Below, one piece after another: positions 8,628 to 18,079 of a stretch of DNA of 64,000 nt. A program made the position numbers and the translations under genes. Location of the stretch: NCBI GenBank assembly GCA_021818465.1, contig JAKAEA010000001.1, positions 105,972 through 169,971 on the forward strand, written 5' to 3'. This stretch comes from a bacterium (GTDB taxonomy: Bacteria > Patescibacteriota > Minisyncoccia > Phycocordibacterales > JAKAEA01). Position 1 is the first letter of the stretch. Every line of letters begins with the position of its first letter. The notes below the pieces were generated by a model. That model was not told the origin of the DNA and made no database searches. It saw nothing but the letters and a program-made list of their open reading frames with translations.

Positions 8628-9809
8628 GTGAAATATGGAACAGCACTATTTTTTTGCTTATGTATAAGCATTACTGCTGTTATTGGAATTAATATTCAAC
8701 CAGCGCATGCGGGTTTCTTTTCCGATATCACTAGTTTTTTTACTGGTTGGGGAAATTCTACTAAGGTTGATGCTCCTAATTCTCAACAAATGCCGATTCT
8801 TCAGGCGCCAATCAATAGTGGAGATGTACAAGTTCTTGGTACAAGCACACAATCGGCTAATGCCGCACTACTCTCATCTCTTTATGAACAGACGGTTAAA
8901 GCAAATGAGGCTATTTCTTCTCCCACCTCATCCTCGCCTTCTTCGTATGTTGTAGCATCCGGAGACACGCTTTGGAAGATTGCTAATACATTTAATATTA
9001 CTCTCAATACTCTACTGACTGCCAATCATCTGACAAAAAAAAGTTTTATACATATCGGTGAAAAATTAATCATCCCCACTTCCGGAGTGACACCTACTAC
9101 AAATACTGGTGTCAATACTAGCACTGCACCATCCTCTAGTATCCAAACCAATGCTCAATCCGTATCTCCCACAACATACACTGTGCATTCCGGCGATACT
9201 CTTTTTTCTATATCTAAAAAATATGGTGTAAGTGTTACCGCTATTAAATCAGCTAACGGAATGAAGAAAGACACTATTTTTATAGGAGAAAAAATCACCA
9301 TTCCTTCATTGATTCAAGTGAAAGATTCAGTGTCATATTCAGCTCCTGTTTCTTCCCTTCCCGCTGCTCCCGCGTTAGCAACTAAAATTACTTCTGCAGT
9401 TATAATGATTCCTGCTTCAGCCCATAAAATATTTTCTCCAGATGGTTACTATATGCGACCGATTGTGGGTGGCTACAAAAGTCAGGGCATTCATAGCCAT
9501 AATGCAGTTGATTTAGCTGATACGTGTGGTACGCCCATTTATGCTTCAGCGTCAGGCACGGTAGTAATTTCTAAAGACAACGGAGATTGGAATGGTGGGT
9601 ATGGAAATTATGTGGAAATTGACCATCCTAATAAAACGCAAACACTGTATGCACACATGCAAACTGTTATTGTGTCGGTAAACCAAGCGGTTGTACAAGG
9701 TCAGGAGATTGGTACTATAGGTAATACCGGGGATGTTGTTAAAGAAGGAGGAACTGGTTGTCATGTGCATTTTGAAATACACAACAACGGTTATGCAAAT
9801 CCGTTCTAG
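8628..9809 (+). CDS. Secreted LysM-domain (x2) M23-family metallopeptidase (peptidoglycan hydrolase)
   Basis: GTG start and signal peptide. Two LysM repeats (YVVASGDTLWKIANTF..., YTVHSGDTLFSISKKYG...). C-terminal M23 motifs HNAVDLAD, GNYVEIDH and GCHVHFE. Confidence 0.85.
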   Translation: MKYGTALFFCLCISITAVIGINIQPAHAGFFSDITSFFTGWGNSTKVDAPNSQQMPILQAPINSGDVQVLGTSTQSANAALLSSLYEQTVKANEAISSPTSSSPSSYVVASGDTLWKIANTFNITLNTLLTANHLTKKSFIHIGEKLIIPTSGVTPTTNTGVNTSTAPSSSIQTNAQSVSPTTYTVHSGDTLFSISKKYGVSVTAIKSANGMKKDTIFIGEKITIPSLIQVKDSVSYSAPVSSLPAAPALATKITSAVIMIPASAHKIFSPDGYYMRPIVGGYKSQGIHSHNAVDLADTCGTPIYASASGTVVISKDNGDWNGGYGNYVEIDHPNKTQTLYAHMQTVIVSVNQAVVQGQEIGTIGNTGDVVKEGGTGCHVHFEIHNNGYANPF

Positions 9810-9918
9810 TGATTTTCATTTCCTGAAATTGTTGGACGATATTGAAAAGCTTCCAAAATTGCTTCTTGATCAATTTTTGTTTTTTCTGATAAATCGGTAA
9901 TTGTTTGGGCTATTTTTA

Positions 9919-11352
9919 TTATTTTGTGATGTGCTCGCGCAGAAAGTGATAACTTTTTTGATAAGGTAATAAGTATTTTTTTGCAGCAGTATCCATAGGA
10001 AGATTGGTAATATCACGACTGGTTAAATCAACATTTTTGTTTCCACTGTGCCCTAATTTGCTCAGTCGTTGTTTTTGAATTTCACGAGCGCGAATAATGC
10101 GTTTTTGGAGGGAAACCATGTCGTAGGAAGTATTTTCGTGTGTGAGTAATTCATATTCAACTTCTTGAACAATAGTCCAAAGGTCTATTCTGTCTACAAT
10201 CGGGCCAGACAGACGTCGTTCGTAACGTCGACGTTCTTGAATAGAACACGTGCATTCTTTTTTGGTGGAGCCGAAATAACCACAAGGACAGGGGTTAAAA
10301 GCTACAATTAATATAATGTTTGCCGGTAGAGTTATTGTGCCGCCGCTGCGAGAAATGCGCACCACCCCCTCTTCTATTGGTTCGCGTAAGCTCTCTAGTA
10401 CCTGACGATTAAATTCAGGAAATTCATCAAGGAATAAGACGCCGTGATGTGCCAGTGTTAATTCTCCAGCGCGCGCTGGCCAGCCACTGCCCAGAATTGC
10501 ACTATAGGAGGCCGTGTGATGTGGCGATCGGAATGGCGGACGATTTTTAAAAGAAGAATTAAATCCATGTACTGAATAAATGCTCATTATTTCTAAACTT
10601 TCTTCCGACGATAGATCGGGTAGCAGATTATGAAAAGCCCGTGCAAGCATCGTTTTTCCAGTACCCGGCGGTCCCCATAGGGCGCAATGATGGCCGCCCG
10701 CAGCTGCAATTTCAAGCATACGTTTTGCTTGGAGATTACCTCGTATATCATTGAAGGTGGTTTCGTTTTCTGTTGTGGATGACTCATTTGTTTTTCTTGA
10801 AATGGCCGGCGATATTTTTACAGGACAAGAACGTTTTTTATCAATATGATCTAGAAGTTGATTAAGATGTGTGAATGGATATACAAAAATATCTTTAATG
10901 AGAGCTGCTTCAGCAGCACTTTCGGCGGGTATATACAACTCTTTAAAACCTAAGTGTTTCATTTCCCGAGCTATGGCAATAGTGCCAGGAATTGCACGAA
11001 CCTTACCATCCAAAGACAACTCGCCAAGAAATAATTTACCAGCTGGTTCAAAATATATTTCATCGGCAGCAAGTAAATAAGCCAAAGCCATGGGTACGTC
11101 AAAAATTGTGCCGCTTTTCTTTACATCGGCCGGAGCAAGTGACAAAACAACTTTATGATTTTTACTTTTCGGTGAAGTAAAGCCAGAATTTTTTATAGCA
11201 GCAGAAATACGATCCCATGCTTCTTCAACGGCTTTATCAGGTAGACCGACAATGGAAAAAGCATGCAGTCCGCGAGACAAATCTGCTTCAACAGAGATTG
11301 TGGTTACTTTTGCCAGTGTTGCTTGTGCAGCAAATACTGTTGCAAATGCCAT
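9919..11352 (-). CDS. comM: YifB/ComM family Mg-chelatase-like AAA+ ATPase
   Basis: 477 aa. N-terminal Lon-like domain, Walker A GPPGTGKTMLA and a C-terminal ChlI-like region. Confidence 0.85.
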   Translation of the reverse strand: MAFATVFAAQATLAKVTTISVEADLSRGLHAFSIVGLPDKAVEEAWDRISAAIKNSGFTSPKSKNHKVVLSLAPADVKKSGTIFDVPMALAYLLAADEIYFEPAGKLFLGELSLDGKVRAIPGTIAIAREMKHLGFKELYIPAESAAEAALIKDIFVYPFTHLNQLLDHIDKKRSCPVKISPAISRKTNESSTTENETTFNDIRGNLQAKRMLEIAAAGGHHCALWGPPGTGKTMLARAFHNLLPDLSSEESLEIMSIYSVHGFNSSFKNRPPFRSPHHTASYSAILGSGWPARAGELTLAHHGVLFLDEFPEFNRQVLESLREPIEEGVVRISRSGGTITLPANIILIVAFNPCPCGYFGSTKKECTCSIQERRRYERRLSGPIVDRIDLWTIVQEVEYELLTHENTSYDMVSLQKRIIRAREIQKQRLSKLGHSGNKNVDLTSRDITNLPMDTAAKKYLLPYQKSYHFLREHITK

Positions 11353-11427
11353 ACGGTGAGCATAGCGTATTCATATTAAAATAATGCTGAAAAAAAACTA
11401 AAAATTTATAAATAATATATATATATA

Positions 11428-11799
11428 TTATTGATTCATGTGAGTTTTGCATGTGGTAGCGGCAGGATTCGCTTGTAAACGATCTTGTTCTATTTCTTTC
11501 CCACATATGCGACATTTTCCAAATTCATCTTCGTTGTGTTGTATTTTTTCTAGGGCCATATCAATCTCGTTAATGCGTTTCGTAAGACGACGTACTAAAG
11601 CAGTATTCCCACTGAAACTTTCTAAGCGATCTGCCACATCGCTTGCGTCAGACCTCACTGCATCTACGTCGACAACTTTTGGTTCCCATCGTGTGCCCGT
11701 TTCACTTTGAATGGGCACGCCAATCTCATGCAATTCGTGCATAAGAGCCGCTCTCTCTTCATCAAGTACTGTTTTGTATGCGGCAATGTTCTGTGACAT
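11428..11799 (-). CDS. DksA/TraR-family C4 zinc-finger protein
   Basis: 123 aa. C-terminal CRICGKEI...TTCKTH C4 finger preceded by a coiled-coil, as in DksA/TraR. Confidence 0.6.
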   Translation of the reverse strand: MSQNIAAYKTVLDEERAALMHELHEIGVPIQSETGTRWEPKVVDVDAVRSDASDVADRLESFSGNTALVRRLTKRINEIDMALEKIQHNEDEFGKCRICGKEIEQDRLQANPAATTCKTHMNQ

Positions 11800-11811
11800 A
11801 AAATGTATTGT

Positions 11812-12969
11812 TTAATTAGAAAATTGGTACGATACAAGGCGATTAAATATTTCTTTCATTGCTGCGGTGCTCGTGGTAATTACCAAGACATTTTGTTCAG
11901 GAAATGAATACAATAAAAGCGGTTTTTGTCCAGGAATACCCAGGACACGCACATTTTTATTATCAATAAAAGTGTCAGAAAATGAAGGAGGCGTGGCAAG
12001 TGTAACTGTTGTTGAAGAAGTGCTTGAAGCTGTATATGAGGCAAATGCCGTAGTCGTTGCTATTGTGGTGGAAGCAACATTGGTGTGAATTTGAGAAGAT
12101 GCATAGAGTGGAGCAAGATCTGTTGCCATAGCAGGTTCCCACTGAAGCATGCCAGCAAAAGCGTTTGTATACGAATCTACCTGTACTATTAAAAACGGAT
12201 TCCACGAGGAACCATCGTGATAAAAACCGGTCATATAGGATTGGCCGATAGCTCTTATAAACCAAGACGGCATATGAGAAGCTCCCAGGTTAGTGAGAAA
12301 CATTTGTGCATTTACTGGTGTTGTGGTGCCACTATTGATGAGATCGATTGCAACAATGGTTGCTGGATCGTTTGCAAGTGTGTGTTTTGCATCAAGCCAA
12401 GCGTTTAGAGTGTTTTGATTAGGAGATACAGAAACTATTTTTGTATCATCGGCAGTGATAAGAGTTTTTGGAGGTGTGGCTTGTTGCGGTAGTGGTGTTT
12501 GTTTAATTAGACTGAAAATTGCATATCCTACTATCCCGATACTCGCAACTATGAGTACTAGTATACCAACGATAAGAACTATTTTTTTCAGACCGTCTTT
12601 GTGAAATAAGGTTTTTGAGGGGTGCGGTGTTGTGTGGGCATTGTCTTTTTTTTGAATTTGCTGAGCCGCAAGAGAAACAGCCGAAATATTTTTTTGCCTC
12701 GTCGCTTCTACAGCGTCACTTTCAAAAGTACGTATACTTGAAATTGTCTGGTCTTTTTTATGTAAATCATTAATGATAGTGTTTTTTTCCGTTGTGTTTA
12801 AATGTGGCGGTTGAGGCATTGTGTTAGCTGCTCGAAGTCCTTCAAGCGCAGTACCTCCAGCTTCAAGGTGAGGAGATGGTTGTCCACCAACAGAAGTGGG
12901 CTCACCTTTTTGGGGAAAGGTGTTTGTATTAAAGGGAGGTTGATTTTTTTTAGGGACGGGATTGTCCAT
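11812..12969 (-). CDS. Hypothetical membrane-anchored protein (Pro-rich cytoplasmic N-terminus, one TM, ~230-aa extracytoplasmic domain)
   Basis: 385-aa ORF directly downstream of pnp on the same strand. TM helix IVLIVGILVLIVASIGIVGYAIFSLI. No recognisable motif. Confidence 0.45.
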   Translation of the reverse strand: MDNPVPKKNQPPFNTNTFPQKGEPTSVGGQPSPHLEAGGTALEGLRAANTMPQPPHLNTTEKNTIINDLHKKDQTISSIRTFESDAVEATRQKNISAVSLAAQQIQKKDNAHTTPHPSKTLFHKDGLKKIVLIVGILVLIVASIGIVGYAIFSLIKQTPLPQQATPPKTLITADDTKIVSVSPNQNTLNAWLDAKHTLANDPATIVAIDLINSGTTTPVNAQMFLTNLGASHMPSWFIRAIGQSYMTGFYHDGSSWNPFLIVQVDSYTNAFAGMLQWEPAMATDLAPLYASSQIHTNVASTTIATTTAFASYTASSTSSTTVTLATPPSFSDTFIDNKNVRVLGIPGQKPLLLYSFPEQNVLVITTSTAAMKEIFNRLVSYQFSN

Positions 12970-12972
12970 ACA

Positions 12973-15117
12973 TTACATTTTTATATTGGGGTTTTTTATA
13001 AAAGTAGGATCGGCTTTTTGTATTGAAAGATTAATACGTTTTTTCTCATCTATTTCTTTAATAATAACAGGAACTTCTTGGCCGAGCTGTAATACGTCCG
13101 TTATTTTCTCTATGCGAAAAGGAGCTATTTCTGAGATATGAACAAGCCCTTCAGTGTTCGGTCCAATTTTTACGAACGCGCCAAAATCCATAAGGCGAGT
13201 AACGGTGCCTGTAAAGCGCTCACCTTTTTTGTATTCCTTGGTTAGTGCTTGGATAAAGTCTCTTGCTGATTCCGCCGCTCCTTCTCGGCCAGTGATAAAG
13301 ACTGTACCATCATCTTCTATAGTAATTTCTGCTCCGGTTTTTTCTTTAATACTTTTTATCATTTTACCATTAGGTCCAATGACCATACCAATCTGATTAA
13401 CGGCAATATTGATTGATATTATTTTAGGAGCACGAGGTGAAATGTCGGGTCGAGGTTTGGCAATGGTTTTTTGGAGAACAGCAATAATGGCAAGTCGCGC
13501 AGTTTTTGCTTTTTTAAGTGCTTCACTGAGGATAGAAATAGGAATACCGTTAACTTTAACATCCATTTGAATGGCTGTAATTCCATTTTTTGTTCCAGCA
13601 ACTTTAAAATCCATATCACCATGATGATCTTCAGGTCCTTGAATATCAGTAAGAAGAGCGTAGCGAAGGCCTTTTTTATCGTGCTCCATCATAAGTCCGG
13701 AAGCGATACCCGCTACTGGTTCAGTAATGGGTACACCACCATCCATAAGCGCAAGTGTGGAAGCACACACTGAAGCCATTGATGAAGAGCCATTGGAAGA
13801 CATTGTTTCTGATACAAGTCGAATAGTGTAGGGAAAAATTTCCTTAGGGGGTATGAGAGGTGTCAGTGCTTTTTCTGCTAATGCGCCGTGACCTATCATG
13901 CGACGATTTGTTCCTCCTAGTCGACCAGTTTCTCCAGTTGAAAATGGTGGAAAATTATAATGATGCATAAACCGCTTTGCTTCTTGAACAGTAGCCCCAT
14001 CAATTATTTGTGCATCGTTTGGTCCGCCGAGGGTGAGTGCGGAAAAAACGTGAGTTTCTCCGCGATAGAAAATACCCGAACCGTGTAAAACAGGAGAAAC
14101 GCCACCTGCCTGTGCAAAAAGAGAACGAATTTCATCAAGGCCTCGACCGTCAGCGCGACGACCTTTTTCTATAGCTTCACGGTGCAATACAACGTTTATT
14201 TCATCCTCGAACCATTCATCAGCAAGAGTAATTTCATCAGCAAAACTGGCGGAACAGATTTCTAGCCATTCTTTTTTAAGATTATCGATAGTGTCTTTAC
14301 CTGCTTTGCCGCTAAAAACAGCTGTATCCAAGCGCGGCTCAAATTCTGCTTTAAATTTTTCTTTAGCACTATCAGAAAGTTCTTTACGCTCCAGAATAAT
14401 TTTTTCTTTTCCGCGATCAGCAATGATATGTTTTTGAAACTCTTGAATTTTTTCAATTTCTTGGTTTGCTCGTTGCAGAGCGGCGGTGATTAGCTCATCA
14501 GAAACTTGGCGAGCGCCAACCTCAATCATGTTGATACAAGAATCTTTACCGCAAGCAACCATATCAAGTTCGAAGTCGATGTGATTTCGGTATGTATAGG
14601 TTGGATTGATTTCAAATTCAGGTACGTCACTCTCTGGTAAATCTTTTTTAATTTTACCGATTCGAACGGCGCTTACTGGACCGTTCCAGGGAATATTTGA
14701 TACGCCCAGAGCGAGTGATGCGGCAATAACAGCCAAGGTATTTGGATCATCCTCGTCAATTGAGAGAATAGTAATAACCACCTGTACTTCACGGCGAATA
14801 TGAGAAGCAAAAAGCGGTCGAATTGTCCGATCGACAATTCGACCGCTCAGAATAGCTTCATCAGAAGGTTTTCCTTCTCGTCGAGCAAAACGAGAACCTA
14901 AAATTTGTCCTGACGCATAAAATTTCTCTTCATAATCAACAACAAGTGGGAAAAAATCAATCCCCTCCCGATCCTTTTCACTCATGACCGCTGTTGCTAA
15001 TACGATGGTATTACCGTAACGAACCGTCACCGAACCATTGGCCTGCATAGCCAAATCAGAAAATTCAGCAACAAGCTTTTTGTCGCCAATATCTATAGAA
15101 TATTCTTTTTTTTCCAT
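12973..15117 (-). CDS. pnp: Polyribonucleotide nucleotidyltransferase (PNPase)
   Basis: 714 aa. Two RNase PH-like domains, GGTNRRMIGHG..., and C-terminal KH and S1 domains. Confidence 0.95.
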   Translation of the reverse strand: MEKKEYSIDIGDKKLVAEFSDLAMQANGSVTVRYGNTIVLATAVMSEKDREGIDFFPLVVDYEEKFYASGQILGSRFARREGKPSDEAILSGRIVDRTIRPLFASHIRREVQVVITILSIDEDDPNTLAVIAASLALGVSNIPWNGPVSAVRIGKIKKDLPESDVPEFEINPTYTYRNHIDFELDMVACGKDSCINMIEVGARQVSDELITAALQRANQEIEKIQEFQKHIIADRGKEKIILERKELSDSAKEKFKAEFEPRLDTAVFSGKAGKDTIDNLKKEWLEICSASFADEITLADEWFEDEINVVLHREAIEKGRRADGRGLDEIRSLFAQAGGVSPVLHGSGIFYRGETHVFSALTLGGPNDAQIIDGATVQEAKRFMHHYNFPPFSTGETGRLGGTNRRMIGHGALAEKALTPLIPPKEIFPYTIRLVSETMSSNGSSSMASVCASTLALMDGGVPITEPVAGIASGLMMEHDKKGLRYALLTDIQGPEDHHGDMDFKVAGTKNGITAIQMDVKVNGIPISILSEALKKAKTARLAIIAVLQKTIAKPRPDISPRAPKIISINIAVNQIGMVIGPNGKMIKSIKEKTGAEITIEDDGTVFITGREGAAESARDFIQALTKEYKKGERFTGTVTRLMDFGAFVKIGPNTEGLVHISEIAPFRIEKITDVLQLGQEVPVIIKEIDEKKRINLSIQKADPTFIKNPNIKM

Positions 15118-15129
15118 TCCCCTATCCTA

Positions 15130-15687
15130 TCAAATTTTCTTCGTTTTTTCTCGCTGGTTATTTTTACTTGTGTACATACTATGACCAAGCAGGTAGCGGC
15201 GCGGATTTTTTGCTAAATCTAGAAATTCATCAACTGATTCTTTAAGGCGTTGTGAGGATGATTGACTGAAAGACGCTGCTTCCACACGACATCCTTGGTT
15301 TGTTTTCAAATATTCAATCAGGGGTACAAAATCTCCATCGCCAGAAACAATAATAACCACGTCGAGTTTCGGTGCTAGTTTTATGGCATCCACAGCTAGT
15401 CCTACATCCCAATCAGCTTTTTTTGCACCACCGGCAAACACTTGAAGATCTTTTGTGCGTACTTCTATACCCATTTTTTCCAATGCTTCAAAAAAATTTC
15501 GCTCATCACCCGTTTCTGTAGTAATAACATACGCCATCGCTCTAATTAATGTTCGGCCAGCTAAAACATCTTTAACTACCTGGCCAAAATTTACACGAGA
15601 ACCATAAAGGTTTCGAGCGCTGTGATACAAATTTTGAGCATCTATGAAGATGCCAACTCGTTGTTCCTTATGCTTTGCTGCGGGCAT
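15130..15687 (-). CDS. NYN/LabA-like (PIN-fold) domain protein
   Basis: 185 aa. GIFIDAQNLY... and DVVIIVSGDGDF are typical of LabA/NYN. It lies between rpsO and pnp on the same strand. Confidence 0.75.
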   Translation of the reverse strand: MPAAKHKEQRVGIFIDAQNLYHSARNLYGSRVNFGQVVKDVLAGRTLIRAMAYVITTETGDERNFFEALEKMGIEVRTKDLQVFAGGAKKADWDVGLAVDAIKLAPKLDVVIIVSGDGDFVPLIEYLKTNQGCRVEAASFSQSSSQRLKESVDEFLDLAKNPRRYLLGHSMYTSKNNQREKTKKI

Positions 15688-15960
15688 TTAAGCTTTCTTC
15701 TTAAGATTCAATTTTTTTGCTAAGGCGTTGTAGCGGCGTGGATTTTTTTTGTGCAAATATTTAAGATGGCTTTGTCGGTTAGCAACCATGTGCAACAAGC
15801 CGCGACGAGAATGCTTGTCCTTAGCGTGTTTTTTAAGGTGAGTTGTTAACTCTTCAATTTGTCGAGTTAATAAGGCGATTTGCACTTCTGGAGAGCCCGT
15901 GTCACTTCCATGAACAGCTACTTCCTTAATGATATTCTGTTTTTTCGTCTTAGTTAGCAT
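15688..15960 (-). CDS. rpsO: 30S ribosomal protein S15
   Basis: Start taken at the internal ATG (MLTKTKKQNIIKE...). The C-terminal ...HSRRGLLHMVANRQSHLKYL... S15 signature is present. The classic rpsO-pnp linkage holds. Confidence 0.9.
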   Translation of the reverse strand: MLTKTKKQNIIKEVAVHGSDTGSPEVQIALLTRQIEELTTHLKKHAKDKHSRRGLLHMVANRQSHLKYLHKKNPRRYNALAKKLNLKKKA

Positions 15961-16042
15961 AGCTAGGATAATAGCATAAATCAAAAAAAAAGCAAGTAGT
16001 CATAGTAGTATGTCGTTCTCTGGTATACTGCGTATATAGTAT

Positions 16043-16984
16043 ATGACTCTTCAAGAATTACAACGACAATTTCTAGAATATCTAGAGATAGAGCGCGGTC
16101 GAAGTTTGCGTACAGTTTCTAATTATGAGCATTATTTAAGCCGTTTTTTTGAGCAAACCAAAATAAAATTTCCCAAAGATATTACCGATTCGGTCGTCAG
16201 AGAATTCCGTTTGTGGCTCAACCGTCAAAGCGCTGGTAATAGATCTGGTCGTGGGATAGCTCACCACGAGACGCTTAAAAAAAAGACTCAAAATTATTAC
16301 TTAATAGCACTTCGCTCTTTTTTAAAATATCTTGTTCGTCAGAATATTTCTTCTCTTGCTCCGGAACGTATTGAGTTAGCAAAAACTCCAGAGCGTTCCA
16401 TAGATCTTATTTCATCAGTAGAGCTTGATCGGCTTCTTGCTGCTCCGACGGGTTCAGATTTAAAATCGCTACGTGATAAAGCAATTTTGGAATTACTTTT
16501 TTCAACAGGTTTGCGTGTTTCTGAACTTTGCTCTCTTCCTACTGATCTCGATATTTCTAAAGATGAGTTTTCTGTGCGCGGCAAGGGAGAAAAAGTAAGG
16601 GTAGTTTTTTTGTCAGCGTCAGCCCGTCAGGCTCTTAAGATGTATCTCTCTAAACGTAACGATATGGATGACGCACTATTTATTCATTATGGTAATCAAG
16701 CTAAAGTTCTTAAAAAACAAGGAAAATCACTTCGCTTAACCACGCGCTCGGTACAGAGAATTATTAAACATTACGCGGCCATCGCTGGCATAACTAAAAA
16801 TGTTACACCACATATTGTTCGACATAGTTTTGCCACAGACTTACTTGCTAATGGTGCTGACTTACGTTCTGTGCAGGCGCTTCTCGGTCATGCTAATATT
16901 GCCACCACACAAGTGTATACACACGTAACTGATGCTCATCTAAAAGAAATTCATAAAAAATTTCACGGCAAAATGAGAAAATAG
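16043..16984 (+). CDS. xerC: Tyrosine recombinase XerC/XerD family
   Basis: 313 aa. C-terminal catalytic region RHSFATDLL...GHANIATTQVYTHV carries the R-H-R-Y residues. Confidence 0.85.
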   Translation: MTLQELQRQFLEYLEIERGRSLRTVSNYEHYLSRFFEQTKIKFPKDITDSVVREFRLWLNRQSAGNRSGRGIAHHETLKKKTQNYYLIALRSFLKYLVRQNISSLAPERIELAKTPERSIDLISSVELDRLLAAPTGSDLKSLRDKAILELLFSTGLRVSELCSLPTDLDISKDEFSVRGKGEKVRVVFLSASARQALKMYLSKRNDMDDALFIHYGNQAKVLKKQGKSLRLTTRSVQRIIKHYAAIAGITKNVTPHIVRHSFATDLLANGADLRSVQALLGHANIATTQVYTHVTDAHLKEIHKKFHGKMRK

Positions 16985-16985
16985 T

Positions 16986-17759
16986 ATGAAATTTATTTCT
17001 TGGAATGTTAACGGTCTCAGGGCTTTATATAGAAAAGGAAATTTTTCTTGGTTATTGGAACATGACGCCGATTTTATTTGTCTTCAGGAAGTAAAAGCTG
17101 AACCCGAACAGCTCCCAGAAGATTTAAAAAATCTATCAGGATATCACTCTTATTTTGATTTCTCTAAAACTCGTAAAGGATACAGTGGCGTTGCTGTGTA
17201 TGCTAGGCAAAAACCTGAAAAAGTGGCTTACAATATGGGCATTCCAGAACTTGATCAGGAAGGTCGTCTCATTGCCCTTTTCTATAAAGAGTTTGTTGTA
17301 TTGAATGTATATTTTCCTAATGGTGGTGGTGGTCCAGAACGTCTTAATTACAAATTACGTTTTTATGATGCTTTCTTGGAGTATATAGAAAATCTCCATA
17401 TCGCTGAACATAAAAAAATTATTTTTTGTGGTGATGTTAATACTGCTCATGAGGCAATCGATCTCGCTCGCCCAAAAGAAAATGAAAAAAATACTGGTTT
17501 TTTACCAGAAGAGCGAGCTTGGCTCGATGAGGTTGTTGCTCATGGTTACGTGGATGTATTTCGACATTTGTATCCAACAAAAAAAGATGTGTATACATAT
17601 TGGGATATGAAGACGGCGGCACGTGAGCGTAATGTTGGGTGGCGAATTGATTATTTTTTTATTTCAAATGATATTTTACCCCACCTTTCTTCTACGAAAG
17701 TTCATAGTGCTATTTTAGGCTCGGACCATTGTCCTATTGAAATGACCCTTTCTTTGTAA
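16986..17759 (+). CDS. xth: Exodeoxyribonuclease III (AP endonuclease)
   Basis: MKFISWNVNGLRA N-terminus and C-terminal SDHCPIE. 257 aa. Confidence 0.9.
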   Translation: MKFISWNVNGLRALYRKGNFSWLLEHDADFICLQEVKAEPEQLPEDLKNLSGYHSYFDFSKTRKGYSGVAVYARQKPEKVAYNMGIPELDQEGRLIALFYKEFVVLNVYFPNGGGGPERLNYKLRFYDAFLEYIENLHIAEHKKIIFCGDVNTAHEAIDLARPKENEKNTGFLPEERAWLDEVVAHGYVDVFRHLYPTKKDVYTYWDMKTAARERNVGWRIDYFFISNDILPHLSSTKVHSAILGSDHCPIEMTLSL

Positions 17760-17778
17760 GGAAATTTTCCTTAAAAAT

Positions 17779-17806
17779 TTGACATAAAAAAAATATTCAT
17801 TATAAT
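17779..17806 (+). promoter_or_regulatory. Near-consensus sigma70 promoter TTGACA-N16-TATAAT with no downstream ORF
   Basis: TTGACA at 17779-17784 and TATAAT at 17801-17806. The next ~260 nt on the plus strand contain only 7-14 codon ORFs and end in a strong intrinsic terminator. Confidence 0.45.
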
Positions 17807-17812
17807 TTTTAC

Positions 17813-18079
17813 TTTTCCACAGGGCCATTCTTGAATTTGTCGGTAACGAGACTATACTGTCTACAGAGATTGGATTGTATGAGATGTGTTGAGAAAGAAA
17901 TGATCACGTTGGTTCGCCAATAAGATCATGTAATCATTCTCCCATCACAAATGCATAATTCATCCAATCAGTAGTACTTTAGTACACACCCTGCTTTCTC
18001 TAATACGTATCAGATAGTTCTTTTAACAGAAAGCAGATAATATACAAAGGACCTTGACCTCTGTCAGGGTCCTTTTTTT
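17813..18079 (+). ncRNA. Candidate small non-coding RNA (~265 nt) between the promoter and an intrinsic terminator; identity unknown
   Basis: No ORF of 60 aa or more. Internal 9-bp perfect inverted repeat CTGCTTTCT...AGAAAGCAG. The unit ends with hairpin GGACCTTGAC-ctctg-GTCAGGGTCC plus T7. Confidence 0.3.
18047..18079. terminator. Bidirectional rho-independent terminator (10-bp GC-rich stem + T-run)
   Basis: Plus strand: aaGGACCTTGACctctgGTCAGGGTCCttttttt. It sits immediately 3' of cca on the minus strand and at the end of the candidate sRNA on the plus strand. Confidence 0.65.

Noticed and set aside
17813-18079. Assigning the candidate sRNA to SRP RNA, 6S RNA, RNase P RNA or tmRNA
   Set aside because: It has no tRNA-like 3' end and no P4 helix consensus. 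Its AGAAAGCAG element pairs into a perfect 9-bp stem with a 30-nt loop, unlike SRP domain IV. Identity is left open.
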